The notes: generated by a model from the letters alone, not told the origin. A stretch of 64,000 nucleotides of DNA from Candidatus Doudnabacteria bacterium (GCA_041644975.1 JBAZQX010000006.1:9761-73760); one strand, 5' to 3'; positions 12,290 to 23,100 are shown, counted from the stretch's first letter. Translations and numbers: made by a program.

Positions 12290-13813
12290 ATGCTTGAAAC
12301 TTCCTTTCAATTATTCCAAAAACAACAAAAATATCTGGAGAAGATGCAGAAAGAGCGACCGGATTTGTTTGAAGTGGACAAGTTGTTTAGGGAGGAAGAA
12401 GTCCTCCCGCAAATTGGGATCACTACCCTAGACCCCAAACGACCCGAAGGTTTTCTGCGTCTTTATCCCCAAGATTTTATTGTTGAAGAAATCCAAAAGG
12501 ATGGAAGTTTGAGCCAAATTGAACCGAAAGACAATGTGCCCGAAAAACCTAAAGAAGAAAAATTTACCCTCTATGCCGATCTGGTTAAAGTAGGAATCTC
12601 TACTTTGGAAGTTGTAAGCCGTCTAGCCAAAGCCTTGGAAATAACACCGAATAAAATCGGGTACGCGGGAATCAAAGATGCCCAAGCGCTATCCAGTCAA
12701 AGAATCGCTCTGCCTAAAATTGGATATGAAAAAGTAAACCCCGTTAGAGAACTTCATTCTCTAACGGTTCCCGCTAACGGTGGCATTAAACCACCGTCAG
12801 CGTCTATATCTTCCCCACCACCGACTTCGTCGGTGGCTTTCTCTAACGGGGTAAAGGATTTAAAGTTAGAGGGGTTTTTTTTAAACAATTTTTTCTATGG
12901 TCGGGGGACAGTAGAGGTTGGAAGCCTGCTTGGCAACCGTTTTACCATCTTCGTCCGCACCGAGAAACGTTTTCCGCGCGAAGAATTAAAAAATAAATTA
13001 GCGGCTATAAAAGAAAAGGGGTTCTTAAACTATTACCAAACCCAACGCTTTGGCGGCGCGAGAATGTTAAGCCACATTCTGGGAAAGTTAATCTTGCAAA
13101 AAAAATATGAGGAGACGGTAAAAACATTCCTCACCACGCCCAGCGATTATAACATTAAACTAATCAAAGCCGTGCGCGCTCGAGCCGCGGAAAATTATGG
13201 CAATTGGAAACGAATGCGGGAAATATTAAATCATCTGCCTTACAACTTTCAGAATGAAATAAAAATATTGGAATATTTGGAAAAATATCCCAGCAATTTC
13301 ATTGGCGCCTTAATCGCCCTCCAAGACCAAACCCAACTTTGGGTCTATGCCTACGCGAGCCTCTTATTTAACGAATATTTATCCTGGGCGACTGAAAATA
13401 ATGAAACCATTCCCCGCGATATCCCTTTGCTTTTAAGCCCTGATTATCAAGACCAAAATTTCTACCGCGTTCTCCTTGACCGCGACGGAATTCGTGATTT
13501 GCAAGAAGCCTTGCGGCCTTTTAAATTTATTCCGATCAAAAGACGTTTTAACCCCGCCTTAATTTTCCTTAAAAACATTCTTGCCAAATCTCTGATGAGT
13601 GGCGTTATCATCAGCTTCTCCTTGGATAAGGGCGCCTATGCCACAACATTCTTAATGAATCTCTTTAAACTGCGCCAGGGTTTGCCCATTCCCGCATGGC
13701 TTAATCGCGATCAGATTGACAGTAAAAAGATCCTGGAAATCGGCACTTGTGAACCGGCTTGCGAGAGATTAAAAGAATATATTTTTTCGGTGTTGGATTA
13801 TGAGAAAGAGTAA
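12290..13813 (+). CDS. truD: tRNA pseudouridine(13) synthase TruD with a 39-aa in-frame repeat insertion
   Basis: PQDFIVEE, GYAGIKD, GNRFTI, NYYQTQRFG, KGAYAT motifs. Confidence 0.92.
   Translation: MLETSFQLFQKQQKYLEKMQKERPDLFEVDKLFREEEVLPQIGITTLDPKRPEGFLRLYPQDFIVEEIQKDGSLSQIEPKDNVPEKPKEEKFTLYADLVKVGISTLEVVSRLAKALEITPNKIGYAGIKDAQALSSQRIALPKIGYEKVNPVRELHSLTVPANGGIKPPSASISSPPPTSSVAFSNGVKDLKLEGFFLNNFFYGRGTVEVGSLLGNRFTIFVRTEKRFPREELKNKLAAIKEKGFLNYYQTQRFGGARMLSHILGKLILQKKYEETVKTFLTTPSDYNIKLIKAVRARAAENYGNWKRMREILNHLPYNFQNEIKILEYLEKYPSNFIGALIALQDQTQLWVYAYASLLFNEYLSWATENNETIPRDIPLLLSPDYQDQNFYRVLLDRDGIRDLQEALRPFKFIPIKRRFNPALIFLKNILAKSLMSGVIISFSLDKGAYATTFLMNLFKLRQGLPIPAWLNRDQIDSKKILEIGTCEPACERLKEYIFSVLDYEKE
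12739..12851. mobile_element. CCCCGTTAGA...TCTAACGGGG miniature element inside truD
   Basis: Terminal inverted repeats, TAAA duplicated on both sides, 113+4=117 bp. Confidence 0.9.
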
Positions 13814-13999
13814 TTGGTAATTAGTAATTGGTAATCAGTAATTGGGGATTAAAAAGGTTGGCTCCATAGTCCCCGAGTGAAGCGAAGGGCTGTGGAGCCA
13901 AGATGCAAGCCTTCATAAATCTCTATATTCACTTTAAAAAAAATATCCCGGCTAAAGTAAAGGATATTTTTTAATATCTCCTTTCTTGCCGGGATTTGA

Positions 14000-14602
14000 T
14001 TAGATAACATCCATCCTATACGTGTTTGGATGGTCATCTGGGATAACGACTTGCCATGCTGCAGGTGAACTATCCGGAGCAGCAAGGTTGATAGTGTCTA
14101 ATCTATACTGCCCTTTACTAGGGTCTTCCGAATCACTATAGCGGAAGTTGGCCCAGATTACTGCATCATTGAAACGCATCTTAAGAATTCTTTGTACCTG
14201 ATCCGGAACTGCAACCTCTTCTCCACTAATGCTGAAGTTGAGAAACAATACCGGACCCTTACCTGGAACATCCTGCCAATGCCCGCTAACATACTTTAGA
14301 CCAAGGGATTTTAATTGGGGGAGCAGTTTTGTAATTCTGATTCCCTTGTATTCACCTTTCGACACTACGCAGTATCCAGTATCACCTTTTGGACGGTATG
14401 CCTGGAAGTCCAACCCTCTCTTCTCTGCCTCTGTGGCACGTTTTGCATAAATTCCTTCTTCGTCGCGCTCCTTCTTCTCAAGACCAAGCTGACTCACTTT
14501 GACCCCTTTCAGCGCCATGATTTTGATAATAACAGTCTGTCTGGATTTCGTGAGAATGGTCTGTCTCTTCTGTTCTTCCGTTCTATCCACTACTTGTCCC
14601 AT
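14000..14602 (-). CDS. hypothetical protein
   Basis: About 200 aa ORF; ATG 14602 follows AGGAG; own promoter. Confidence 0.65.
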   Translation of the reverse strand: MGQVVDRTEEQKRQTILTKSRQTVIIKIMALKGVKVSQLGLEKKERDEEGIYAKRATEAEKRGLDFQAYRPKGDTGYCVVSKGEYKGIRITKLLPQLKSLGLKYVSGHWQDVPGKGPVLFLNFSISGEEVAVPDQVQRILKMRFNDAVIWANFRYSDSEDPSKGQYRLDTINLAAPDSSPAAWQVVIPDDHPNTYRMDVI

Positions 14603-14670
14603 TTTTTGTCTCCTTATTTGGCTTTCGCCTATTCGGGTTTTGAACTGAAATATAAAAGAACCCAATAAAT

Positions 14671-14773
14671 TCTACGAAGCTACATTATAGCATATCTGCC
14701 TGAAAAAGTCAATAGTTGGGCATCTATTGTACCATTTTGGCTTAAATAAGCCCAAAATGGCTATTTTTAACCC
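14671..14773 (-). promoter_or_regulatory. duplicated promoter module (second copy 15634-15739)
   Basis: TTGACT-17-TATAAT plus upstream inverted repeat in both copies. Confidence 0.75.
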
Positions 14774-15516
14774 AGACAATCCACGATAAAGGCATATTGA
14801 TCCCAAAAGAGCTTATTTGCTTCAAACTCCTCTGAAGTTTGCCTTTTATCTGGAAACGGCGGCGATACAAACCCAGCATAAACAGTATTAAACCGAGGAG
14901 CTGGCTGGTTATTGTACCATCGCAGGACAACAATCAACTGATCAATTCCAGGTACAGGAATACCTCTGATTTTATTAACCTCATATAGGTCATTTGCCCC
15001 TCTTTGCTCTCTGAAAACTAGACGAGAATTTTGGGAGGTAATTTTAACCACTGGGCATTCCCCGATCTTCTGACTCACAGGGATTCCTTCTGTCTTTTTT
15101 ATACCTTCATCTATCTGCAAGGCAAAAGTGCAATCTTTACATCCTGACTTGACGATCCAATAATATTCCTCTGACGCGGTGATGATTCTTAATGAATATT
15201 TTTTCGCAAATGCGAACACCAACCGCGGAGAAGCAAGCGCAGGAATTCCGCCGGTGAAGTTTGAACCAGCCGTATTAAGTTGCTGGTCAATTAGCTCATC
15301 GGTAATCACAATCTCCCTGCCCCGAAACATAATCTTCTGTCCTACTAAAAGATTGCGCTCTTCTGGGGACAAAGACGAAAAATGCTTCAAAAGATAAAAC
15401 CAGTTGCTGGGGTCATCTTGAAGCATTTTAATATGCTCGGGATTAACCCTCTCTCCCTTGTCACCAAAAAACTTAACCCCATCTATTTCTACATAGCCTT
15501 TCTCCCAGCTTTGCAT
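14767..15516 (-). CDS. hypothetical protein
   Basis: 249 aa ORF with GGAGG RBS. Confidence 0.7.
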   Translation of the reverse strand: MQSWEKGYVEIDGVKFFGDKGERVNPEHIKMLQDDPSNWFYLLKHFSSLSPEERNLLVGQKIMFRGREIVITDELIDQQLNTAGSNFTGGIPALASPRLVFAFAKKYSLRIITASEEYYWIVKSGCKDCTFALQIDEGIKKTEGIPVSQKIGECPVVKITSQNSRLVFREQRGANDLYEVNKIRGIPVPGIDQLIVVLRWYNNQPAPRFNTVYAGFVSPPFPDKRQTSEEFEANKLFWDQYAFIVDCLG

Positions 15517-15856
15517 CTCTTATCCCTCCTTCTATAAACATTTTTTTTAAACTCTCGTTGGTTCAAGTCTCCTGACTTGAACCAAACATTTCTACAGCCC
15601 TACTAAATAATCAAAAGACCAAATTTTCTTTAATCTACGAAACTACATTATAGCATATCTACCTAAAAAAGTCAATAGCTTTAACATCCCCAATACGCTA
15701 TTTTGGCTAAGATAAGCCAAGAATGGCTATTTCTAACCCTAAATTTTACCCCTTTACCTCTTGAAGGGAGGGGTGGGTTATTTGTAGAGACGCAAAGTTT
15801 TGTGTCTCTCCTCTAAAAGAAAAAAGAGACCGCTTGTAAAAAGGTCTCTAGAGAGA

Positions 15857-16390
15857 TTAAACATAACCATAATACCCTACCAGCAGATCTCGCAGGAGTT
15901 GACGTCCTCTGTGCAACCTAGACATAACTGTTCCTATGGGACAATTGAGGATCTTCGCGATCTCCTTATATGTATATCCCCACAGATCCGAGAGGATAAT
16001 CGCTTCACGACAATATTCCGGAAGCGCTTTGATAGCTGATGAAACTTCATCATCAAACATATCATATAAAACTTCATCTTCCGGCGTCTCTTTATTAATC
16101 AGCTCACCCTCCCTTTCCGCCTTGTTTACATCCACCTTTTCGGGTTCTCTTCCTTGCTCACGATAACTATTAATAAATAAATTCTGCAAAATTTTGCCCA
16201 GCCACGCCTTCACATTCGTCCCTTTCTTAAATTTATCAAAGAACTGCCAAGCCCTGAGAAAGGTCTCCTGCGTCAAATCCTCGGCGTCTGTCTCGTTTCT
16301 CGCCATTCGCAGAGCATTCTGATAGATATAATCCATCCAAGGCAGGATGAGCTCTGCAGACTTATCTAGCGTTAAAGTGTTATCAGCCAT
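15857..16390 (-). CDS. ECF sigma factor (RpoE/SigH-like)
   Basis: DAEDLTQETFLRAW region 2; YKEIA..LNCPIGTVMSRLHRGR region 4. Confidence 0.92.
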   Translation of the reverse strand: MADNTLTLDKSAELILPWMDYIYQNALRMARNETDAEDLTQETFLRAWQFFDKFKKGTNVKAWLGKILQNLFINSYREQGREPEKVDVNKAEREGELINKETPEDEVLYDMFDDEVSSAIKALPEYCREAIILSDLWGYTYKEIAKILNCPIGTVMSRLHRGRQLLRDLLVGYYGYV

Positions 16391-16529
16391 CTTTTTCCCT
16401 CCCTTACTCCAGTAAAATCAATAGCTTCATGATGGTCATATATTCTCGCTCACTTCCAAAGCGGCTAAGAATACCAAAATATTCCTATTTTGTCAAAGTA
16501 AAAAAAGAGCCAAGGAACTCATAGCTCTT

Positions 16530-16805
16530 TTAAAAAATCCATTTCCTTAAAAAATAGATCACTGGCGAATAAAGCGCTAGCGCGACCATAAGCACAATAA
16601 AGGTTTGATAGAGACGATGATGCGCCGCTCTATCCGAGTAAAGGCGCAAGGTGTTGCGAACAGTGTGCTTTATCCACCAACTGCCAGCATATAAAGAGAG
16701 AATCAGCCCAGCGTATTTTACGCTGTATATAATCAAGCGCGCGCATATTGCCGGCAGTTCATTAAAAAAAAGAACGAATGAGAACAAAATAATTTTCTTC
16801 TTCAA
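16530..16805 (-). CDS. small membrane protein
   Basis: Hydrophobic ORF, TTG start after AGGAGG. Confidence 0.45.
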   Translation of the reverse strand: MKKKIILFSFVLFFNELPAICARLIIYSVKYAGLILSLYAGSWWIKHTVRNTLRLYSDRAAHHRLYQTFIVLMVALALYSPVIYFLRKWIF

Positions 16806-16925
16806 AACAAAAGACCCTCCTGTCTGAAAAATTGACTCTTGATACTATTATATAACTTTTTGCTGGATAAAAAACCACCCTGCCGCGCAAAGCCTGTCAA
16901 TATGAAATAGATTTTTATAAACTCG

Positions 16926-16997
16926 TACCGCCACGGGGATTTGAACCCCGGTTACTGGGCTGAGAACCCAGTGTCCTAACCACTAGACGATAGCGGC
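16926..16997 (-). tRNA. tRNA-Glu(CUC)
   Basis: Cloverleaf, anticodon loop TTCTCAG; CCA not encoded. Confidence 0.93.
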
Positions 16998-17135
16998 AAA
17001 TCTAATTAAAAGTTTAAAATGAAAAATTAAAAATTATCATCGCTTTGCGAGATCTCGCGAAGCGAGACAACTCAAAATTTAAAATTGAATAATTTTGAAT
17101 TTTACATTGCAATTTTACATTTTACATTTTTAATT

Positions 17136-18425
17136 TTACATTTTCCTCGTCCATTCCTCATTCTGCCTCACCAAAAGCTCCCGCGCGCGCAGAGGCTCCA
17201 GCATAATATCTTTCACGATTTTCTCCATCCGCATTGCCTGCGAACCCTTCACAAGAATAATATCATTGGGTTTTAAAATATTCTCAATATCCTCCAAAAC
17301 CTCGTCGGTGTAATTATATTCAACGATTCTCTCTTCCGACATTCCAGCCCGCCGCGCTTCATCCGAAGCAAAATTCGCTCGGTCGCCGACCGTGATTAAA
17401 AGGTCAGCCATTGAACGGGCAACCCGCCCCACCTCTCTGTGACCCGCTTCTGTTTCTTGCCCGAGCTCCAGCATATCGCCCAAAATTGCCACTCTTCTCC
17501 TTCCGGTGGGCGCAACTTCCGCTAATGCGCGCAAAGCGGCAATCGTAGAGACAGGCGCGGCATTATAAGTATCGTCAATAATCAAACTATTTTTGATCCC
17601 AGGGAGCATGCGCATTCTGCCCGGCGGCGCTTGAAAATGTTTCAGGCTTTCCGAAATCTTAATCAAATTCATTTTAAAATAAATCCCAACGGCGGCGGCG
17701 GCGAGCGCGGCGTAAATCTGATGCCGACCCAAAACTTTTGGCAAATGCACCGGCACACTATTGCCTTTGTAATTTAATTTAAAGCCTAACCCCCCTTGAT
17801 TAGAAATTACACGAATATCTGAAGCCACTATTTCTTCTCGCAAGGGTCTTTCCTCATCCTTTAAAAGACCATATTTTAGAATCGGCGACCGACCCTTCAT
17901 TTCCGCCACGCGGGGATCGTCTCGGTTCAAAACAACAAGACCATCAGCCGCGACTCCCTTGACCAACTTTTCCTTCTCGTCCCGAATCGCTTCCATGGAC
18001 GCAAAAAATTCCAGATGCGAAGGACCAACTGCAGTGACTACGGCAACGTCAGGCCGCGCGATATTCACCAAATAACTAATATCTCCAGGTCTATCCGCGG
18101 CCATTTCTAAAACTAAAATTTCCGGATAATTTTTGGTCTTGCTTAAAACGAGCCTCAAAGCCTGTCCCAAAACATTAAACCAAGCGCCGATGTTCCTCGC
18201 GGGCGCTTTCACGCCAATAATGGCGAATGGCACTCCCAATTCATTATTATAATTCTCCGCGCTTTTGCGCACCCGTCCGGGAAAGGCGGCAGCAAGGACT
18301 GTATAGATGGCGTCTTTGGTGGAGGTCTTGCCCACGCTGCCAGTAACCGCCACAATTTTGGGGCGGTGTTTTTTCAAAATTTTCCGAGCAGATAAAGCGA
18401 GAATTTTTTGAAGAAAAATTTTCAT
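17136..18425 (-). CDS. murF: UDP-MurNAc-tripeptide:D-Ala-D-Ala ligase
   Basis: TGSVGKTSTKD, NNELGVP, DDTYNA, LGDMLELG, VKGS. Confidence 0.93.
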   Translation of the reverse strand: MKIFLQKILALSARKILKKHRPKIVAVTGSVGKTSTKDAIYTVLAAAFPGRVRKSAENYNNELGVPFAIIGVKAPARNIGAWFNVLGQALRLVLSKTKNYPEILVLEMAADRPGDISYLVNIARPDVAVVTAVGPSHLEFFASMEAIRDEKEKLVKGVAADGLVVLNRDDPRVAEMKGRSPILKYGLLKDEERPLREEIVASDIRVISNQGGLGFKLNYKGNSVPVHLPKVLGRHQIYAALAAAAVGIYFKMNLIKISESLKHFQAPPGRMRMLPGIKNSLIIDDTYNAAPVSTIAALRALAEVAPTGRRRVAILGDMLELGQETEAGHREVGRVARSMADLLITVGDRANFASDEARRAGMSEERIVEYNYTDEVLEDIENILKPNDIILVKGSQAMRMEKIVKDIMLEPLRARELLVRQNEEWTRKM

Positions 18426-18748
18426 AACTTTAATGCAAAATTGAAAAATCAATCTTTCGACTGTGCTCAAGATTGATGGTGAGCAAAGTCGAACCATCAA
18501 AATGCAAAATGATCATCGCTTCGCGAGATCTCGTCTGAAGATCTGGCGTAGCCATGACAGGCGAGATAGTGCAAAATCACAAAATGAAATTAAGGTTTTT
18601 GGGAATTCGCCATCTATGGTTTCAAGAATCTTGATCCATAACAAACCATAGTTTCTAAAGAATAAATCCTGAATTCCCAACAATAAAGAATAATTTTAAC
18701 ATTTTACATTGTCATTTTAATTTTTGATATTTACATTTTACATTTTTA

Positions 18749-20509
18749 TTATTCTGACGGCGGTATTTGGTAGTAGTTCACCAAAAATTGGACCAACTCT
18801 TTGAAAACAGGCGCCGCGGTGTTCACGCCGTCTGCCTGAAAATTCGGCCCTGATTTTGGATTATCAAATTTCACTAAAATTAAAAATTTGGGATCTTCAA
18901 TCGGACCATAGCCGATAAAAGAAGTAATCACTTTTTCCGGATCATAACCCCTTTCACTTTTCAACGGCACCTGCGCTGTTCCCGTTTTGCCTGCCAAATG
19001 ATATCCAGGCACTCTTCCGGTCTTAGCATAACCGTTATCCACGGAACTGACAAGCATTGCTGAAATAGTGGCGGCGGTCCCTGGTTTTAACGCTTGCCGC
19101 ACAATTTTAGCGGGAATCTTTTCCCGCGTCTCGGTGCCGTCGGGATTATAATGAATAATCTCTTTGACAATATGCGGGGTAACCAAATTCCCATTCCCCG
19201 CCATTGCCGCTGTCGCGTTGGCAAGTTCAATAGGCGTAACGGCAATCCCTTGGCCATAGCCAATCGTTGCTAGATTGGATTCCCGCCAAAGCTGGGGGTT
19301 ATTTAGTTCTGTGTTCGCCTCGCTGTCCAAATCAATGCCGCTCAACTCATTAAAACCAAGTTTGAGAAGACCATTATACAGCTTTTCCGCTCCTAAATGT
19401 TCGTTCACAAACACCATTCCCGTGTTAATGGATTTCTCCAGAACATTAGTCATTGTTTGCACGCCGTAACTTTTATTGTCATAGTTATGAATGGTGTAGC
19501 CGCCTATATTGGCCGCGCCCGTATCAGTATAAGTTGTGCCTGGAGCGACCACGCCTTCATCCAGCGCGACGGCCATACAAATTGGTTTAAAGGCCGAGCC
19601 TGGCTCATAATGTTCAAAAATTGCCGCATTGTTAAAAATATTAATGTCTTTAACCTCCGCATATTTATTATTATCGTATGTCGGATAATTAGCCATTACC
19701 AAGATCTCCCCGTCTTGGGGATTCATCACAATAATAGAAGCGGAATCCGCGCCCCATTTCTCCGTTGCGCTTTTTAACTCGGCTTCCGCCTTATATTGGA
19801 TGGCGCGATCCAGAGTGAGAATTAAATCATCACCATTTACCGCGGGTTTAATTTCCTTTTTCCCAATGGAGATCCAACGCCCAGCCACATCCCTCTCGGC
19901 TTCTAAATGACCCGATTTTCCCGCTAACCTCTGCTCGTAATAGCCTTCCACGCCATAACGACCTTTTCTTTGGTCGCCATCATACCCGACGAATCCCAAA
20001 ATATGAGCCGCGAGCCCACCTTCTGGATAGATGCGCCAGGACTCCCTGGTAAAGCCAACTCCCTTTAAATCTAACTTTTTGATCTCTTCTACCTTTTCAT
20101 CTGTAACTTTATTTTTCAAAGGTTCATATAAATCGTCTTCTTTAGAGACACGCTCCAGAATAACCTTTTCATCTATTTCTAAAATAGGAGCGAGCTTCTT
20201 GGCAAAATCATCAGGATTTTTAATTTGCTTAGGAACAGCGTAAACCAAATTTAATTTTTGATTGGAAGCAAGAGGATAGAGGGCGTCTGAATATTTGTCT
20301 TGAACAAAAATCTGGCCCCGTTCCGGAGTAAGACTGGCCACGACTTGATGTTGATCTTGCGCCAAAGCCACATAAAAACTGTGATTTACCACTTGCACCA
20401 CAAAAAGACGGAAGATGATTAAACCCATAATTAAAAAAACAACCGCAAGCAGAATATCTATGCGAATGTCATGTCTTTTGTGATGCTTTTTATTTTTGCG
20501 ATAGGACAA
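18749..20509 (-). CDS. class B penicillin-binding protein (FtsI/PBP2)
   Basis: N-terminal TM; SAFK, SIN, KTGT motifs; dcw context. Confidence 0.93.
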   Translation of the reverse strand: MSYRKNKKHHKRHDIRIDILLAVVFLIMGLIIFRLFVVQVVNHSFYVALAQDQHQVVASLTPERGQIFVQDKYSDALYPLASNQKLNLVYAVPKQIKNPDDFAKKLAPILEIDEKVILERVSKEDDLYEPLKNKVTDEKVEEIKKLDLKGVGFTRESWRIYPEGGLAAHILGFVGYDGDQRKGRYGVEGYYEQRLAGKSGHLEAERDVAGRWISIGKKEIKPAVNGDDLILTLDRAIQYKAEAELKSATEKWGADSASIIVMNPQDGEILVMANYPTYDNNKYAEVKDINIFNNAAIFEHYEPGSAFKPICMAVALDEGVVAPGTTYTDTGAANIGGYTIHNYDNKSYGVQTMTNVLEKSINTGMVFVNEHLGAEKLYNGLLKLGFNELSGIDLDSEANTELNNPQLWRESNLATIGYGQGIAVTPIELANATAAMAGNGNLVTPHIVKEIIHYNPDGTETREKIPAKIVRQALKPGTAATISAMLVSSVDNGYAKTGRVPGYHLAGKTGTAQVPLKSERGYDPEKVITSFIGYGPIEDPKFLILVKFDNPKSGPNFQADGVNTAAPVFKELVQFLVNYYQIPPSE

Positions 20510-20572
20510 AGTTTTAAAAATCTATTATTCAATTGCTCTATTGTTGAAAGTATTAAAAAATTATTCAATAAA

Positions 20573-20627
20573 CCCCGTTAGAGAACCTCGTTCTCTAACC
20601 CCGTTTAAAAATTTATTTCTAACGGGG
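20573..20627. mobile_element. CCCCGTTAGA element, intergenic
   Basis: Inverted termini, TAAA duplication; near-identical to 30345-30399. Confidence 0.85.
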
Positions 20628-20700
20628 TAAACAATTAAGCAATTAAACAATAAATCTTAATGTTATGTATTATGTGTTATGTGTTTTATGTTTCAGACTT

Positions 20701-21069
20701 TTAATTTCCTTTCAAAGCTACAACCGTGCCTTCGGGGGAAATATAAACAACCTTCTGAAGCGGCACCATATTTAATTTTTTTACCCCCTCTTCCACATTC
20801 CGCACGGATTGCAACTCTGCCGCGCGTAATTCTAATTCACGATTCTTTTCTTTTAAGTTATCAAGTCTATCTTCTAAATCTTTAATCTCATAGCCCTTCG
20901 TCGCGATTTGATTGGCTTGAGTGAGGTAAAAAAGACTTATGAAACACAAAAGAATAATCGTCACAAAACACAAAGTAACCGGCCCAATTTTGATCTTCCC
21001 CCTAATTGCTTTTTTTCTTTTTCCTCTTTGAATATCACCGCTCTTTGAAAGTGTGAGAAAACGCGCCAT
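20701..21069 (-). CDS. FtsL-like cell division protein
   Basis: Basic tail, one TM, coiled coil; between rsmH and the PBP gene. Confidence 0.7.
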   Translation of the reverse strand: MARFLTLSKSGDIQRGKRKKAIRGKIKIGPVTLCFVTIILLCFISLFYLTQANQIATKGYEIKDLEDRLDNLKEKNRELELRAAELQSVRNVEEGVKKLNMVPLQKVVYISPEGTVVALKGN

Positions 21070-21104
21070 TTTCAGATCTTGACTGATCCCCCTTTTCCCT
21101 TTGA

Positions 21105-22058
21105 TCAGCCAATAATTTTTTCCGCGACGCGCAAAAGTGCGCTTCGCGATCGTGGATTTTGCTTAATCTCTCTATTTTTAGGCTTAGTTGGTTTTTTATT
21201 TAAAATTTTGATTTGCGGCAAATGGCCACAAACGCATTGCGGCACTTCTGGCGGACAAAGACAGCCGCGGCTCTCGGTGCGGAAAAAATTCTTCACTATT
21301 CTATCCTCTAAAGAATGAAAAGAGATGGCTATAAGCCTTCCTCCTCGTTCTAAAATCTCTAAAGCCTGCGGCAGCACTATTCGCAAATTTTCTAATTCAT
21401 TGTTCACGGCGATTCTCAAGGCTTGAAAAATCTTGGTTGCTGGATGAATCCTGCCTTTTTGAAAAAATGTCACTTTCAAAATAATCTTAACCAAATCTTG
21501 TGTTGTTTCTATCTTCTGTGTTTTGCGCTCTTCCACGATCAGTCGGGCAATTTCGCGCGCTTTCCGCTCCTCTCCATATAGGCGCAAAATCCGCGCCAAA
21601 TCTTCTTCATTATAATGATTTACAATATAAGCGGCGGTAGTCCTCGTTTCTTCGCCATGCCGCATATCTAATGGCTCATCTTTCAAAAACGAAAAGCCGC
21701 GGCCTGAAGACTCAAGTTCAAGAGAAGATAGACCCAAATCCAGCAACACACCTTGCACATTTTTAAAATGATGCTCCTCTACAACTTTTTTCAAATCGGC
21801 AAAGTTGCCTTGGACCAAAACGGCGCGTTCGCCAAATTCTCTTAAATTCTCGCGCGCGATTTTAATACTCGCCGCGCTCCAATCAATGCCGAGTAACATA
21901 CCGCACGGGCCAGTGCGCTCTAAAATAGCTCGCGCGTGGCCCGCTCCCCCTATGGTGCAGTCAATGAAGTTTCGATTGGGTTGTGGGTTTAAATAAGAGA
22001 TCACCTCCTCTAATAAGACGGGAATATGTGCAGAACCTGCTCTTGTAATAATTTTCAA
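21105..22058 (-). CDS. rsmH: 16S rRNA m4C1402 methyltransferase
   Basis: HIPVLLEE, GGAGH, DLGLSS, SFHSLEDRIVK, NPRSRSA. Confidence 0.97.
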   Translation of the reverse strand: MKIITRAGSAHIPVLLEEVISYLNPQPNRNFIDCTIGGAGHARAILERTGPCGMLLGIDWSAASIKIARENLREFGERAVLVQGNFADLKKVVEEHHFKNVQGVLLDLGLSSLELESSGRGFSFLKDEPLDMRHGEETRTTAAYIVNHYNEEDLARILRLYGEERKAREIARLIVEERKTQKIETTQDLVKIILKVTFFQKGRIHPATKIFQALRIAVNNELENLRIVLPQALEILERGGRLIAISFHSLEDRIVKNFFRTESRGCLCPPEVPQCVCGHLPQIKILNKKPTKPKNREIKQNPRSRSALLRVAEKIIG

Positions 22059-22186
22059 TTTTAAATTCTAAATTTTAAATCAAATCCAAATTTTAAATTC
22101 TAAATTTTAAAACTTTTTTCTTTGTTTTAAAATTTAAAATTCAAGCATTTAAAATTGATTTAAAATTAAAAATTAAGAATTTAAAA

Positions 22187-22618
22187 TTACACACCCAGTT
22201 CTCCCATCGCCTCCGCGATCTCGGTTGAGTCTTTCTCTGTCACTGCCTTGTATTTATTCCAAAGCTCCGCGTCCCAAATTTCCAAACGGTTATACAGACC
22301 GGCGATGACGGCTTGTTTCCCAAGCCGCGCGTAGTGGCGCAAATAATCCGGAATCAGAATCCGCCCCTGCTTATCCATCTTGACGTCCATCGCGCCGGCA
22401 AGCATAAGACGCGCGAACGCGCGCGACTTCGCTTGACTTATAGGGAGGCTCGCCAACTTCTCGGCAAGTTTCGTCCATTCTTCTTGACCATACAAAAAGA
22501 GACAGTTATCAAGACCTCGCGTCACCACGGCTCCGCTTGCTAACTTTTTCCGAAATTTTGCTGGAACAGCTAGACGACCCTTAGTATCTAAACTATGACT
22601 GTATTCGCCGATAAACAT
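22187..22618 (-). CDS. mraZ: division/cell wall cluster regulator MraZ
   Basis: MFIGEY, DTKGR, DKQGR repeats. Confidence 0.97.
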   Translation of the reverse strand: MFIGEYSHSLDTKGRLAVPAKFRKKLASGAVVTRGLDNCLFLYGQEEWTKLAEKLASLPISQAKSRAFARLMLAGAMDVKMDKQGRILIPDYLRHYARLGKQAVIAGLYNRLEIWDAELWNKYKAVTEKDSTEIAEAMGELGV

Positions 22619-22830
22619 TATAAAACAACCGATCCCAAATATTTCGGCTTTCCTTTTTTGGCGAGCGCAAAATACTTCGGATCTCCCCCTATATACTCTC
22701 GTCATTGCGAGGAGCCCCCCACCTTTTACAAAAGGTGGGGGGCAGCGAAGCAATCTCCTCGCATGAAAGTCTATTTAATTAAATTTTTATATTTTTATTC
22801 TTAAGTGGGTTATCCACCTTTGACCTGACT

Positions 22831-22860
22831 TCTCCCCACTTTTGTCCACAGTTCCCCACA
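22831..22860 (-). promoter_or_regulatory. MraZ-box (three GTGG[G/A] repeats, 10-nt period)
   Basis: Minus strand TGTGGGGAAC TGTGGACAAA AGTGGGGAGA upstream of mraZ. Confidence 0.7.
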
Positions 22861-22979
22861 ACAAAGTTATTATACACCATTTCAATGTTCCCGCCAACCA
22901 TTGCAAACCACTCTTCCCTTTGGCTTATTTAAAGGGAAATATAAGATAATCTTAAACTTTATCCACAGTTTTTAAAACC

Positions 22980-23100
22980 CTCCCCCTTACCAAGGGGGAG
23001 ATGGCCTGCCCGCAACGCCTCGCAAGCTCGGCTTGCGTGGCGGGCGGGAGGGGGTCTATTCTCTCCCTCCCCTCCCAACCTCCCCTCGGGCAGGGGAGGA
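22980..23100. repeat. CTCCCCCTT..AAGGGGGAG composite palindrome (inverted copy 25382-25464; relatives near 12195, 23786, 25530, 26210, 38278, 38928)
   Basis: Direct sequence similarity among copies. Confidence 0.8.

Noticed and set aside
18426-18500. N-terminal extension of MurF (likewise MraZ 22619-22753, ManC 37431-37472)
   Set aside because: These run through repeat DNA; downstream ATGs match family starts.
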